Positions 47,413-57,472 of a stretch of 64,000 bases of DNA are shown in pieces (position 1 is the stretch's first letter; each line of letters opens with the position of its first letter). The stretch lies in NCBI GenBank assembly GCA_030647355.1, contig JAUSIS010000009.1:512-64511 (forward strand), read 5' to 3'. The notes beneath the pieces were generated by a model that saw only the letters and a program-made list of their open reading frames with translations, searched no databases and had not been told where the DNA came from. The position numbers were made by a program, and so were the translations under genes. This stretch comes from a bacterium. Its GTDB lineage: Bacteria > Patescibacteriota > UBA1384 > VFKW01.

Positions 47413-48740
47413 ATTATCTCCTTTTTAGTAATTCCCGGGACTGGATATTTTAGGGCGAATGATTTAATTTCTCCCTTTATATTAAGAAGTTCGGTATTTT
47501 GGGATATCTCTTTTCGAGCCTTTGTTATATATTCTTGACGCTCTGTCTTTTCTTGGGGAAGACGATACTTCTTTACCACGTTTAGAGCTTTGATAATCCA
47601 GCAGCCGATTAACTTCATATCCCGCTCTTTCATACCGCGAGTGGTGATAGCTGGAGTTCCCATGCGTATACCGCTTGGGTAAAAGGGAGAGCCGGGTTCT
47701 TTGGGGATAGTGTTTTTATTAGCAGTGATGCCAGCTGTTTCTAGGGCATCTTGAGCGAATACTCCGCCGCCTACTCCCAAAATCGGGACCAGATCAAGGA
47801 GTAACAAGTGGTTTTCGGTGCCGCTGCCTATCAGTTTAATCCCACCGTTTTGTAGAATTTTGGCTAGAGATTGGGCATTCTTAACAATTTGTTGTCCGTA
47901 TTTTTTGAAACTTTCGGTGCTTGCTTCCTTCAAGGCAATAGCAATAGCGGCAGTTTGATGATCGTGGGGACCTCCTTGTAAACCGGGAAAGACGGCTTTA
48001 TCAATTTTATCTGCCAATTCGGGGTCTTTATGTAATCCCTTCTCGGTTACCATAATTATTCCGCCACGCGGACCTCTTAGGGTCTTGTGGGTGGTTGTTG
48101 TTATAATGTGGGCATAATCTACAGGGCTGGGATGAACTCCGGCGGCAATTAACCCGGCAACATGGGCAATGTCCGCGGCATGATAGGCGCCGACACTATC
48201 AGCAATCTCACCAAAGGTTTTATAGTCATATTTATAAGAATAAGCCGTGGCGCCAGACCAAATTAGTTTGGGTTTGTTTTCTTTAGCTAAACGCCATATT
48301 TCATCGAAATCAATCCTACCGTTATCTTTAACATGGTACGGAATACTTTTATAAAAAATTGCTGTGGCGGAAACTTTCCAGCCATGTGTAAGGTGGCCGC
48401 CGTCAGGAAGATTCAAGCCCATAATAGTTTCGCCCGGGTCGCAGGTCGCAAGATAAACCGCGAGGTTTGCCGGGCTACCAGAATATGGCTGAACATTTGC
48501 ATGCGATACACCGAATAGCTTTTTGGCTCGCATTTGGGCGAGTATCTCTATATCATCAATAAATTCGTTTCCTCCATAGTAACGTTTTTTTGGATAGCCC
48601 TCGGAATATTTATTAGTTAAGATGCTACCCATGGCATCCATTACATCCTGAGATGTGTAATTTTCTGATGGAATCAGTTCGAGGCCTTCAAGCTGACGCC
48701 GGCTTTCTTTTTCAATAAAATTTTCCACTTCTTTATCCAT
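47409..48740 (-). CDS. glyA: Serine hydroxymethyltransferase
   Basis: LELIPSEN, NKYSEGYP..RYYGG, GGHLTHG, TTTHKTLRGPRGG, FPGLQGGP, SGIR.GTP. Confidence 0.97.
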   Translation of the reverse strand: MDKEVENFIEKESRRQLEGLELIPSENYTSQDVMDAMGSILTNKYSEGYPKKRYYGGNEFIDDIEILAQMRAKKLFGVSHANVQPYSGSPANLAVYLATCDPGETIMGLNLPDGGHLTHGWKVSATAIFYKSIPYHVKDNGRIDFDEIWRLAKENKPKLIWSGATAYSYKYDYKTFGEIADSVGAYHAADIAHVAGLIAAGVHPSPVDYAHIITTTTHKTLRGPRGGIIMVTEKGLHKDPELADKIDKAVFPGLQGGPHDHQTAAIAIALKEASTESFKKYGQQIVKNAQSLAKILQNGGIKLIGSGTENHLLLLDLVPILGVGGGVFAQDALETAGITANKNTIPKEPGSPFYPSGIRMGTPAITTRGMKERDMKLIGCWIIKALNVVKKYRLPQEKTERQEYITKARKEISQNTELLNIKGEIKSFALKYPVPGITKKEII

Positions 48741-48869
48741 GCAGACCTTTCGTGGGAAGATATTCTTTAACTTTTAATCTGTTTTCAATATAGTATCTTT
48801 TTTGGACAACTGCAAGTAAAACTTTTAATTCCCCTGTTTTTAGTATATACATATATAAGGAGGTATCAA

Positions 48870-49454
48870 ATGAGTAATAAATTGATATGTTTAGTGGGAA
48901 TGGCAGGGGCTGGAAAATCAGAAGTTGCAAATTACCTGATGAGCAAGAAAGAATTCGGCTTTTTTAGATTTGGACAAATTACCTTAGATACTATTAAAAA
49001 ACTGGGTCAAAAACCAACTGAAGCATTGGAGCGAGAGATACGCGAGGGACTAAGAAAAAAACATGGCATGGCAGCTTTTGCGATTCTAAACATGCCTAAA
49101 ATAGATGAATTATTAGTTAAGAGTGATGTTATTGGCGACGGACTCTATTCTTGGGAAGAATATTTGGTATTACAAGAAAAATATCCAAATAATTTTATTA
49201 CGATAGCAGTATATACTCCCCCTGGTCTAAGGTATGCTCGGTTAGAATCGCGATCAAATAGGCATGGCGAGGACAAAGATTTGCGTTTCAGGAGCTTTAC
49301 AAAAGAAGAAACCATAGCGAGAGATAAAGCTGAAATTGAGAACCTACATAAAGCGGGTCCAATCGCTATGGCCGATCATACTATTATAAATCAGGCTGGT
49401 CTTAATGATCTGAAGAAGCAAACGGATTCTATATTGGAACATATTTTCGGCTGA
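48870..49454 (+). CDS. P-loop nucleoside monophosphate kinase / dephospho-CoA-kinase-like (UPF0200-like) protein
   Basis: GMAGAGKS Walker A, RE.LR..HGM.A.A, DGLYS.EE, RD..EI...K.GPIA.AD. Confidence 0.75.
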   Translation: MSNKLICLVGMAGAGKSEVANYLMSKKEFGFFRFGQITLDTIKKLGQKPTEALEREIREGLRKKHGMAAFAILNMPKIDELLVKSDVIGDGLYSWEEYLVLQEKYPNNFITIAVYTPPGLRYARLESRSNRHGEDKDLRFRSFTKEETIARDKAEIENLHKAGPIAMADHTIINQAGLNDLKKQTDSILEHIFG

Positions 49455-49473
49455 CCTGTGTTATAATTTGCTT

Positions 49474-49911
49474 ATGAGTAAAGCTATAGCAGAAAATCGG
49501 AAAGCAAGATTTGATTATGATATTTTAGAAACCCTGGAAGCAGGGATTGTTTTGATTGGAGAGGAAGTTAAGGCAATTAGGGCTGGGAAAGTGAATTTAG
49601 CCGGGAGTTATGGGAAAATTTTAGCAATAGGCGGCAAACCGGAGGTTTGGCTAGTCGGAGCAAATATTGCTACAGCCGAGGGTGATCCCAGCAGAAGCCG
49701 CAAGCTACTTTTGAATCGCAGAGAAGTTGATAACTTAATCGGTAGGGCCCAAGAAAAAGGACTGACGATTTTACCTTTAAAAATGTATCTTAAGCGTGGC
49801 TATATTAAGCTTGAACTGGGAATAGGGCGCGGGAGAAAGAAATATGACAAGCGTGAAAGAATTAAAGAAAGGGAAGTCTCCAAAGAATTAAGGCAAAAGC
49901 GAATGAGCTAA
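49474..49911 (+). CDS. smpB: SsrA-binding protein
   Basis: NRKARFDY.I.E.LEAGIVL.G.EVK.IR, R.RKLLL, GKK-like GRKKYDKR. Confidence 0.95.
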   Translation: MSKAIAENRKARFDYDILETLEAGIVLIGEEVKAIRAGKVNLAGSYGKILAIGGKPEVWLVGANIATAEGDPSRSRKLLLNRREVDNLIGRAQEKGLTILPLKMYLKRGYIKLELGIGRGRKKYDKRERIKEREVSKELRQKRMS

Positions 49912-49957
49912 TTAGTTTAGATAATTTTTATTACTAAATTAGATTTGTGTTCAATAG

Positions 49958-50719
49958 CTATTTGGTGGAATAGCGATTAACTTCCAGTTCGGCATCACTG
50001 AGCGATTGTTGCATTTTAAGAACAAGTTTTTGTGAATCTGCGAGCGATTGTAAGAATTGCTCAAATGTTGAATTTGTATTAAAGTTTTTATCTATTCCGG
50101 AAACTAGTTGCTGATTGGTGCTTATGACAACTCGAATTTGTGATAGGATAGACTCAGCCTCCTCAACCTTGCTATTTAGGAGAGTGACATCTTTATTTTG
50201 AGATTTAAGTCGAGCCGATTCTGTTTTGATCGCATCTATATTTGATGCAGTATCGGTAGTGATATTGTCAAATTCGGAATTGAGCATTTGAGCTAGTGAA
50301 CTTTTATATAGAGTATGAGTGGACTGCCATAGATCAAGGATTAATTTTGAAATTGTTTTGAGATCATTTAGATTTTCAGCTAAAGCGATTTTGCTACTTT
50401 GTGCAACTATCTTATCAACTGACGTTTGGATAATGACAGCGAGTTGATTTTTTTGAGTTTGATCAATGCTCTGGAGGGTAAATATCATGTCTCGGTCACT
50501 ACTCAAAGAAACAACTAAAATGGAGGATATCTTAATTAGCTGTTCTTTTTTTATTGCCAGATATTCAGGACTTTCTTGGTTTGAGGATAATGTCGGTATT
50601 TTAGTTTTTATTTTTTGGTATTCGGAAATCGGTCCTTTTAAGTCCAAAGCGCGAGTAGATATTGGGGAAAGGAGGATAATTAATAATATGATGATTGTAA
50701 TTTTTAGATAATATTTCAT
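49958..50719 (-). CDS. Secreted helical coiled-coil protein
   Basis: Signal peptide followed by long amphipathic helices. Confidence 0.6.
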   Translation of the reverse strand: MKYYLKITIIILLIILLSPISTRALDLKGPISEYQKIKTKIPTLSSNQESPEYLAIKKEQLIKISSILVVSLSSDRDMIFTLQSIDQTQKNQLAVIIQTSVDKIVAQSSKIALAENLNDLKTISKLILDLWQSTHTLYKSSLAQMLNSEFDNITTDTASNIDAIKTESARLKSQNKDVTLLNSKVEEAESILSQIRVVISTNQQLVSGIDKNFNTNSTFEQFLQSLADSQKLVLKMQQSLSDAELEVNRYSTK

Positions 50720-50721
50720 AA

Positions 50722-50994
50722 TCAAAAATTTTGTAAATCTTTAATAACATCACCCAGAGTATCATTAGAGTTCTCTTTCAGCACGGCAATATCTGCATTA
50801 AGGGCATTTAATGACTGGGAGATTCGTTGATTTTTTTCAACTTGTAAATCAGGATTATTAGTTATGATTCGTTTTACAATTGTAGTACTTGGCTCACTGT
50901 CAGCACTTAAACTGCCATAATAATAGAAGTATGACAAGATTATTATCAGTAGTATTGAAAGGGTAATTAATATATTTTTCCAATAATGCTTCAT
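50722..50994 (-). CDS. Small membrane-anchored hypothetical protein
   Basis: AAGGAG RBS, N-terminal TM helix. Confidence 0.6.
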   Translation of the reverse strand: MKHYWKNILITLSILLIIILSYFYYYGSLSADSEPSTTIVKRIITNNPDLQVEKNQRISQSLNALNADIAVLKENSNDTLGDVIKDLQNF

Positions 50995-51087
50995 TGAGCT
51001 CCTTTATTTAGAGTAGGTTAAGGCTAAGCTATTGTCAAGAAAACAAAATTTATTGCTTTTAGATAGTATTTCTTTTAAGTTTAATCT

Positions 51088-52479
51088 ATGAGGAAGTGTC
51101 TGTTAGTTATTTTTATTATTGGCTTGGCGATGAATATTCTAGGTTTGATTTGGCCGATTGGTCAGGATGAGGGAGTCTTTTTAGCTGTAGCCAAGCAAAT
51201 CAACCATGGTTTTTTACCTTATCGAGATATATTTGACCATAAACCGCCTGGGCTTTATTATTTTTTAAGTATATTTACAAATTTTACAAATTCGCCAGTG
51301 ACTATCCGATTACTTTTTTTACTCATTAACTTGCTGACTTGTTACATGATTTATAGAATCGGCCGAAACCGGTTTAGTGAAGCACATGGTTTGCTGGCGG
51401 CTGGGTTATATTTACTTATTTTACCACTATACGAGGGGCACTTAATACTAACAGAACCTCTAATGTCATTTTTTTTGGTAATTGGTTTATATCTTTATTT
51501 GTTATTTCTGGAAACTAAGAAAAATGTAATGATTTTCCTTGTTGGGGCATCGGTTGGCTTAGCTATGTTATGTAAGCAGCCGGCGTTAATTAATTTTGTG
51601 ACAATATTGCTGTTGCTAATTACAATGAAGAAGTGGGGAAATCTAAAGTATTTAATATTCCTCATGGGTGGATTAGTAGCTGTTTGGCTACCATGGGTAG
51701 GATATTATCAATATATGCATCAATTTGGAGGGTTTTGGCAACAAGTTATAGAACTCAATTTAACCAGTTACCCATCTTTGGATGATACGGAAAATGTTAA
51801 GAGATTAGCTTTGTCGGTCGCACAGTCTAGTATTGTTTGGTTTATGACATTCGGCGGTTTGGTGGGTTTCGTGCTTGCGATTTGGAAAAAAAAATATCCA
51901 TCATTGGAAAACATTGCGATTCTGACAATGGCTTTTATTCCGATCCCAATCTTATTTTACAGGCAATATCCCCATTATTGGCTTCAGGTCTTGCCATTTA
52001 TTTGCCTAGTTGCAGTGTCATTTTACCATAAAACTCGCTTCAAATATTTTCTTAATATACTAATAATTGCATGTGGTTTTCTTTCGTTATTAAATTTTGT
52101 ATATACTACTCTTGCAATTAAGGTGCCTCAAAGAAACGAGCAGTTGGAGATAAGTGAAAAAGTAAGAAATGGTACTTTGATTACAGATAAAGTATATTCA
52201 AATCGGGTATTTACAGGATTATATTTCTTGGCCGATAGACTGCCTGTTTCGCGTTATTTGTATGTCAGTGAAATAAACGAGAATTCGAAAGCGCAGGATT
52301 CGATTATAAAGAGTATAAAAATAAATAAACCAAAATTTATAGTTTGGCTACCAAAAAATAAGCAGTATAAGGATTCATATACAAAAGCAATCGGTGAGCA
52401 AATTAGTATATACTATAGACCAGTTGCACGTTACCCCAATACTGGCTTAACTTTGTATCGGGTTAGCGAACAACAATAG
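51088..52479 (+). CDS. ArnT/PMT-like (GT-C) membrane glycosyltransferase
   Basis: DEG.F....G.LPY.DIFDHKPPG, TE, KQ, YPHYW motifs; more than 10 TM helices. Confidence 0.85.
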   Translation: MRKCLLVIFIIGLAMNILGLIWPIGQDEGVFLAVAKQINHGFLPYRDIFDHKPPGLYYFLSIFTNFTNSPVTIRLLFLLINLLTCYMIYRIGRNRFSEAHGLLAAGLYLLILPLYEGHLILTEPLMSFFLVIGLYLYLLFLETKKNVMIFLVGASVGLAMLCKQPALINFVTILLLLITMKKWGNLKYLIFLMGGLVAVWLPWVGYYQYMHQFGGFWQQVIELNLTSYPSLDDTENVKRLALSVAQSSIVWFMTFGGLVGFVLAIWKKKYPSLENIAILTMAFIPIPILFYRQYPHYWLQVLPFICLVAVSFYHKTRFKYFLNILIIACGFLSLLNFVYTTLAIKVPQRNEQLEISEKVRNGTLITDKVYSNRVFTGLYFLADRLPVSRYLYVSEINENSKAQDSIIKSIKINKPKFIVWLPKNKQYKDSYTKAIGEQISIYYRPVARYPNTGLTLYRVSEQQ

Positions 52480-54523
52480 CAGTATTGCCAAACCAATGCC
52501 AGTATGAGTTGAATAGGGCAATATTATAATCCTTGCGCGGCCACCATGGGTCACTTACGGAGAAGGTTTTTGGATTATCCACTGTGCCAGTAAAGCCATT
52601 AACAACAACGGCATGCATGCCATTAACGGCGCGGATAGAAGTACCATCGGGTGTTTTCCATGATCTTTCAAAGCTTGGCCAGACGCCATTCACCCACCAG
52701 ATAACCACAGGGTTGCCATTAGCAATTTCGGTGGCAATTCCCTGGACATTCCAATTTTGTTTGATTTCGGCGGGGCGATGATAGTTTATTGCTTTGGCAA
52801 CAGGCGCCCAATGCACACCATATCCGGTACCTTTCGGACTACCCATTAGTGTACCGACAAATCCTACATCAGGATTTCCCCAGATATTGTTGGCAGTGTT
52901 CAGTGGTGTTGAATCGTATCCCACCTCGCTAAGTAAGCCCATTTCGGAAATATTTACTCCTTTGAAAGCAAGAGCCATACGAGCCGCTACAATACCGCAG
53001 GTATAGTAATGTTCTTGTTTATAAAAAGGTATGTTTAATTTCACTACCTGGTCAATGGTCGTGAATTTCGAAGAAAAGGTTTGGTTGGAATCTAGTCCTT
53101 TAGTTGATTTTATGCCGGCGGATAATGAAGCAGTATAAGAGGTACTATACTGATAGTTTGCCGATGGCTGGAACGTCATAATATTACCATGCCAGCTAAA
53201 GTTACCGGCTACTAGCGGAGAAATGCTAAAGTTTTTTTCGGCTGATTCGTGATCTACCTCTTGATTAAATGTAGCGATTATTGCTTTACTTAGACCGATT
53301 CGGCTGGAGCTATTAGCTGGAGAAAAAGAAGCCGTGACTGGACCTATTGTAGTGAACTGTGATATATAGTTGCTTTCGAACGGCATACCATACTTTGTAC
53401 TGGCAGATTGGCTGAGAATTATCTTGTATTGGGTATTTTTAGTGAAAACATTAGTTGGAATAAATGTCAGGTTAGTATCCCCTTCCCATGTAAAGTTTCC
53501 GGAAGTAACAGGTGAGATAGACCAAGCTTTTTTAACCGACTCAGTGTCCATTGGCTGGCGGAATTCAATTTTGATTGCCGTGTCCACTAATATACCACTG
53601 CCTGTTGGAGAAATCGATTTAACCGACGGGGAGACGACTGTTTTAAATGTTGAACCACCTACTTCTTGCGATTCCCCCCGTCTAATGACCTTATGACTTT
53701 TAAAGCTGTAGGCAATTGGAATTCGAAAAATTTTCAATTGATAAGTAAGGCCTTTCTGTAGCGGTGTTTCAGGTTTAACAACAATTGTTTTATTACCATT
53801 TTTTTTAATTGAAAGTTTTACCTCGGGAATTAGTTGGAAACTCCATTGTGTACGATATTGGTCACTAAAGTCAAAACTAACTACAATATCTTGATTAATA
53901 TCTACATTTTCTTCCCCGTTTTTTGGTAAGATCGAGGTAATTCCCGGTGATGGCGGAGTGTGCAGACTAAAAAGATACTCTTTACTTTTGGCTAGACCGA
54001 AGACACCTCCTGCCGAAGAGAGGGTAACTGAGTACTCTGCGTCAGGAGGTAGTGTTATTTGGGGATAAAAATAGAAACTGTGTTCCATGCGACCATGATT
54101 GAATTGAAAGCGATTTATCGTAATGCCAGCAATAGGCGGCTTGATTTGTATCTTAATCTCATTAGAGTTAACTGGGCGATCAAATGTAAAAATAATAGGA
54201 TGGGATTCATCGATATTCTTAGTACCGAAAGACGGATTGCGGGGAAAAATTATTTTGGGAGAGTTAATTACTATTATTAATACTACAGCCAAAGCGACAA
54301 GGAGTAGTCCAGATATAAGTAGAATTTTTCTTTTTGAGATAAAATTCAGTATTGAATAAAAGATTGATTTGATTTTAGATAAAGTAAAAATAGATTTGAC
54401 ATTCAGGGGATGAAGTATTTTTGAGATTATAGACAATATTATTATTAGGAATATCAGGGTAAGGGTAATCCAGAGAGTGTAATACAATAGTACGATTGTA
54501 ATTATTTCTTTTTTGTCAATCAT
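52463..54523 (-). CDS. Membrane-anchored protein with about four Ig-like (Big_5-like) domains and a C-terminal C39-like peptidase
   Basis: Repeated P......V.....I...F..P.D.....SISP...G.F.W....LTF.P....T.Y motifs; Q....TC, H.VV..GF and DPW catalytic motifs. Confidence 0.8.
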   Translation of the reverse strand: MIDKKEIITIVLLYYTLWITLTLIFLIIILSIISKILHPLNVKSIFTLSKIKSIFYSILNFISKRKILLISGLLLVALAVVLIIVINSPKIIFPRNPSFGTKNIDESHPIIFTFDRPVNSNEIKIQIKPPIAGITINRFQFNHGRMEHSFYFYPQITLPPDAEYSVTLSSAGGVFGLAKSKEYLFSLHTPPSPGITSILPKNGEENVDINQDIVVSFDFSDQYRTQWSFQLIPEVKLSIKKNGNKTIVVKPETPLQKGLTYQLKIFRIPIAYSFKSHKVIRRGESQEVGGSTFKTVVSPSVKSISPTGSGILVDTAIKIEFRQPMDTESVKKAWSISPVTSGNFTWEGDTNLTFIPTNVFTKNTQYKIILSQSASTKYGMPFESNYISQFTTIGPVTASFSPANSSSRIGLSKAIIATFNQEVDHESAEKNFSISPLVAGNFSWHGNIMTFQPSANYQYSTSYTASLSAGIKSTKGLDSNQTFSSKFTTIDQVVKLNIPFYKQEHYYTCGIVAARMALAFKGVNISEMGLLSEVGYDSTPLNTANNIWGNPDVGFVGTLMGSPKGTGYGVHWAPVAKAINYHRPAEIKQNWNVQGIATEIANGNPVVIWWVNGVWPSFERSWKTPDGTSIRAVNGMHAVVVNGFTGTVDNPKTFSVSDPWWPRKDYNIALFNSYWHWFGNTAIVVR

Positions 54524-57420
54524 TGTGCGCTCTCCGGTAAAGTGAAGGCTTGGTAAACTTGTTCGGTAGTGGCATAGATGACCGGACCATTATCCAGATC
54601 ATAGTAGAATTGATCTACGTAAGTGAATAGTTCATCAACTCTTTTTTGTTCGGCAGAATTAAACCAGTGTGGATGAGTAAGATAGGTTATTTGCTGTTTT
54701 TGGGAAAGTGGCGAGCCGTTGTAGTTCATTTTAAATCTCTGGATCATATCTTGAGCTGAAAAAGAGTAAGAATCCGCTCCGTTATTGGGAATTTCGAGAA
54801 GTGACAGATTGGGGGACGGGTATGAAGAATTTTGGTTTGACACAGACGGATAGTAAGGTCGGTCAGTCGGCTTTAAATCCCAAAAACCGGGTTGTTTTCT
54901 AGCGCCAAAGGCGTAGGTAGTTCGACCGGAACTGTCAACTTTGATTCCAGCGTCTTGAATTGCACGCAGGGTTTCTTCATTGGCATACCAGCCGCCAGTG
55001 CGGTAAGCCGTCGGCACTCCTAATCCGTTCAGTTCAAAATATTGTTTAGCGCGGTTTATCATTTTTAAAATTTCGTCGTAGCTGTAGGCGGTTGTCAAGA
55101 TATCATAGCCATCTTGGTAAAAACCCCAGCGGGGACTGTCTTTAACTATTACGCCGGAATCGCTGACAAAATCCGGGAACATATGGAGGTGAAGTGCTAT
55201 CTGTTCGCCAAAATTGTCTCGGCGGTTTTTTACCCAATCGGTCAGGTATTGACGTCGTTCAGGTGAAATATTAGGGGCGGTATAAATTCGCGGACTGAAG
55301 AAATGCGTCATTTTTATACTGTGGTGTTTGAGGGAAAGCTGTTCCATATCATTCAGGTAGGATTGGCTCACGTCATAGCCCTCCCAATCCCAACTCCAAG
55401 TTACATAAAGAGGGTACGAAACGTTGAAACCAATACTTTGGCTCAATTCAGTCTCGCCCCTTGCATCCTCAATGATGCATCTTGCTCGATAGGAGCCCGG
55501 CGAAAGAGAGGAAACATCAATTTGGGCTTCCCATATATTTTCTTCGGTTTGAGAAGGAGACAGGGTTCCATTTAATCCTGTGCCAACCACTTCATATTTG
55601 ACCAGCAAGCTAGTATTTCGAGAGGATTGTTTGGATTCTAAGGTTAGAATTAGTGGTTCGGTTTTGGCAATATAATCGCTTTTTAAAAACCATTGACGAT
55701 TACTTTTTGCAAAATATGGGCGTGTTTCTTCTCCGCTTAGAATAAGTTCGGCCAGCGAATTAGTGCTTGAAACAATTGTGTTGGTTAAGGGAGAGTCGGC
55801 CAATAGATTACCATAGTAAAGAAAGTACTGCAGAGAAGTTTTGTTTGCACCAATGTTATTTGACAGCTGGAAAGAAACAAGAGAATTATCGCTATTCCAG
55901 TTATTAACAATCTGGCGGGGAATATCATGAAAACTATGACCGTCAAAGAATAATATCCTTATGTCATTGCCACTAATAAGTGATTTTTGGTCTTGGACTA
56001 GCTGGCGGTGGTTAATGGAGAGCAGAACTGGCGTTCCAGATTTTATCATAGTAACGGACTGGTTATTTTTTATTGTGATTGGCTGTTTGTATGAATACTC
56101 CATATTCCACCATCTAGTACTTCTTTTCGGTTCAGCAAATATTTTATTTTGGGTTGCTGTAAAAAAAGATATCATGGCAAAAAATAAGGCGATACCGACA
56201 GCTACATAGGCAAATCGGAAGTGAAATTTAGGCTTATGACTGATATCCTCTGCGATTTGGTAGATCGGGGGGAGATAAGATTGGTTATAGGAAAAAAATG
56301 GACGCCCGCTACTTTCTCTAACAAAAGTTAGGTGAAAGCCGAAATTGAATGGGACAAAAGTAGCCAGGGCTAGGGAAGTAAGTATTAGGACGATCAACAT
56401 TACCGCAACTAAAATTGGGGAGCTTACAGTGATACCACCTGCCATTTTGTATAGTTTCAGTAGAAAAATGTGGGCCCAATAAAGGGCAAGAGCATTTTGA
56501 CCCAAGAGCAAGAGAGTATCACGAATAAAGGGATGGTGGCGATATTCTTTTGAAGAGTAAACATTTCTAAAGAGGATAAAAATGGCTAATAAGCCAGTTA
56601 GTAGAAATGGCACAGAAGGAGGCCAGCGCAGAAAGATATGGGAAATGGGAGTATTCATTAATAAATAAACTGCGACAGAAATAATCAAAATTCCTGCGGT
56701 TAGCCAAAGGAGTATCTGTGAAGTAATACCTTTTTCTTTAACATTCGAGGTATTAACAAGGTACCGTCCCCATTGCAAACCGAAGATATAAATAGGGAAA
56801 TATTGAAAGATTGGGAAACGATAAATCGAGTCGTGACCTACTAATAATGCTTTCCACGGAATCAGATATGAAGGCAAAGATATGTGATACAGGAGCATAC
56901 CAAGCGCGTAAATGCCAAGAGATACCGTGATCGCAAGAGGTATGTTCTCCGCCAGTTTGGTCATCGTTTTGCGCAGGGGAATTATTAGGAGACTAAACAG
57001 CAAAAACGGAATTAAAAATTCAGTATAGGAAGGGACATTGCGGAAAAGTAGGACATCGAGAATTAGCCGCAATTGATCATATAGAGAGGCGGATATTATT
57101 TTGTCAAATAAACTTATACAGACCAAAACATAGTATGAGCCTAATAAAAGACCTAATCGCCTACCAATATGGTGAAAGAGAGTTTTTTCAGAGTAATGAT
57201 TCTTTAAATAAACCAAGTAAGCGATAGCACCAGATAGAAAAAGAAATATTGTAAAAGTAATTGTATTAATGGATATGACAAGATAATGAAGGAATGTACT
57301 AGATCCATCGTGATAAAAATCGATCGCATGAGCAATGATCATTATAAGAACGACAATCCCCCGTATTATGTCGAGGGAATAATCTCGAGCTGGTTTTGAA
57401 TTACTCAAATGGTTAGGCAC
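54520..57420 (-). CDS. Fusion of a membrane acyltransferase-like (DUF1624/OpgC-like) domain, a DUF2341-like domain and a polysaccharide-deacetylase-like domain
   Basis: RD.SLDIIRG...MI..H, FP.F.Y, R.PPS..F, LG.N.L..Y..H; W......YK.PITI...GNDIR...YFLYYGN; WDWEG, HLH, RTGGW, THPHW. Confidence 0.7.
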   Translation of the reverse strand: MPNHLSNSKPARDYSLDIIRGIVVLIMIIAHAIDFYHDGSSTFLHYLVISINTITFTIFLFLSGAIAYLVYLKNHYSEKTLFHHIGRRLGLLLGSYYVLVCISLFDKIISASLYDQLRLILDVLLFRNVPSYTEFLIPFLLFSLLIIPLRKTMTKLAENIPLAITVSLGIYALGMLLYHISLPSYLIPWKALLVGHDSIYRFPIFQYFPIYIFGLQWGRYLVNTSNVKEKGITSQILLWLTAGILIISVAVYLLMNTPISHIFLRWPPSVPFLLTGLLAIFILFRNVYSSKEYRHHPFIRDTLLLLGQNALALYWAHIFLLKLYKMAGGITVSSPILVAVMLIVLILTSLALATFVPFNFGFHLTFVRESSGRPFFSYNQSYLPPIYQIAEDISHKPKFHFRFAYVAVGIALFFAMISFFTATQNKIFAEPKRSTRWWNMEYSYKQPITIKNNQSVTMIKSGTPVLLSINHRQLVQDQKSLISGNDIRILFFDGHSFHDIPRQIVNNWNSDNSLVSFQLSNNIGANKTSLQYFLYYGNLLADSPLTNTIVSSTNSLAELILSGEETRPYFAKSNRQWFLKSDYIAKTEPLILTLESKQSSRNTSLLVKYEVVGTGLNGTLSPSQTEENIWEAQIDVSSLSPGSYRARCIIEDARGETELSQSIGFNVSYPLYVTWSWDWEGYDVSQSYLNDMEQLSLKHHSIKMTHFFSPRIYTAPNISPERRQYLTDWVKNRRDNFGEQIALHLHMFPDFVSDSGVIVKDSPRWGFYQDGYDILTTAYSYDEILKMINRAKQYFELNGLGVPTAYRTGGWYANEETLRAIQDAGIKVDSSGRTTYAFGARKQPGFWDLKPTDRPYYPSVSNQNSSYPSPNLSLLEIPNNGADSYSFSAQDMIQRFKMNYNGSPLSQKQQITYLTHPHWFNSAEQKRVDELFTYVDQFYYDLDNGPVIYATTEQVYQAFTLPESAQ

Positions 57421-57472
57421 AATCAGCCCCTCCTAAATAAATTATAGCACAGATTAGATTAATTTATGATTA

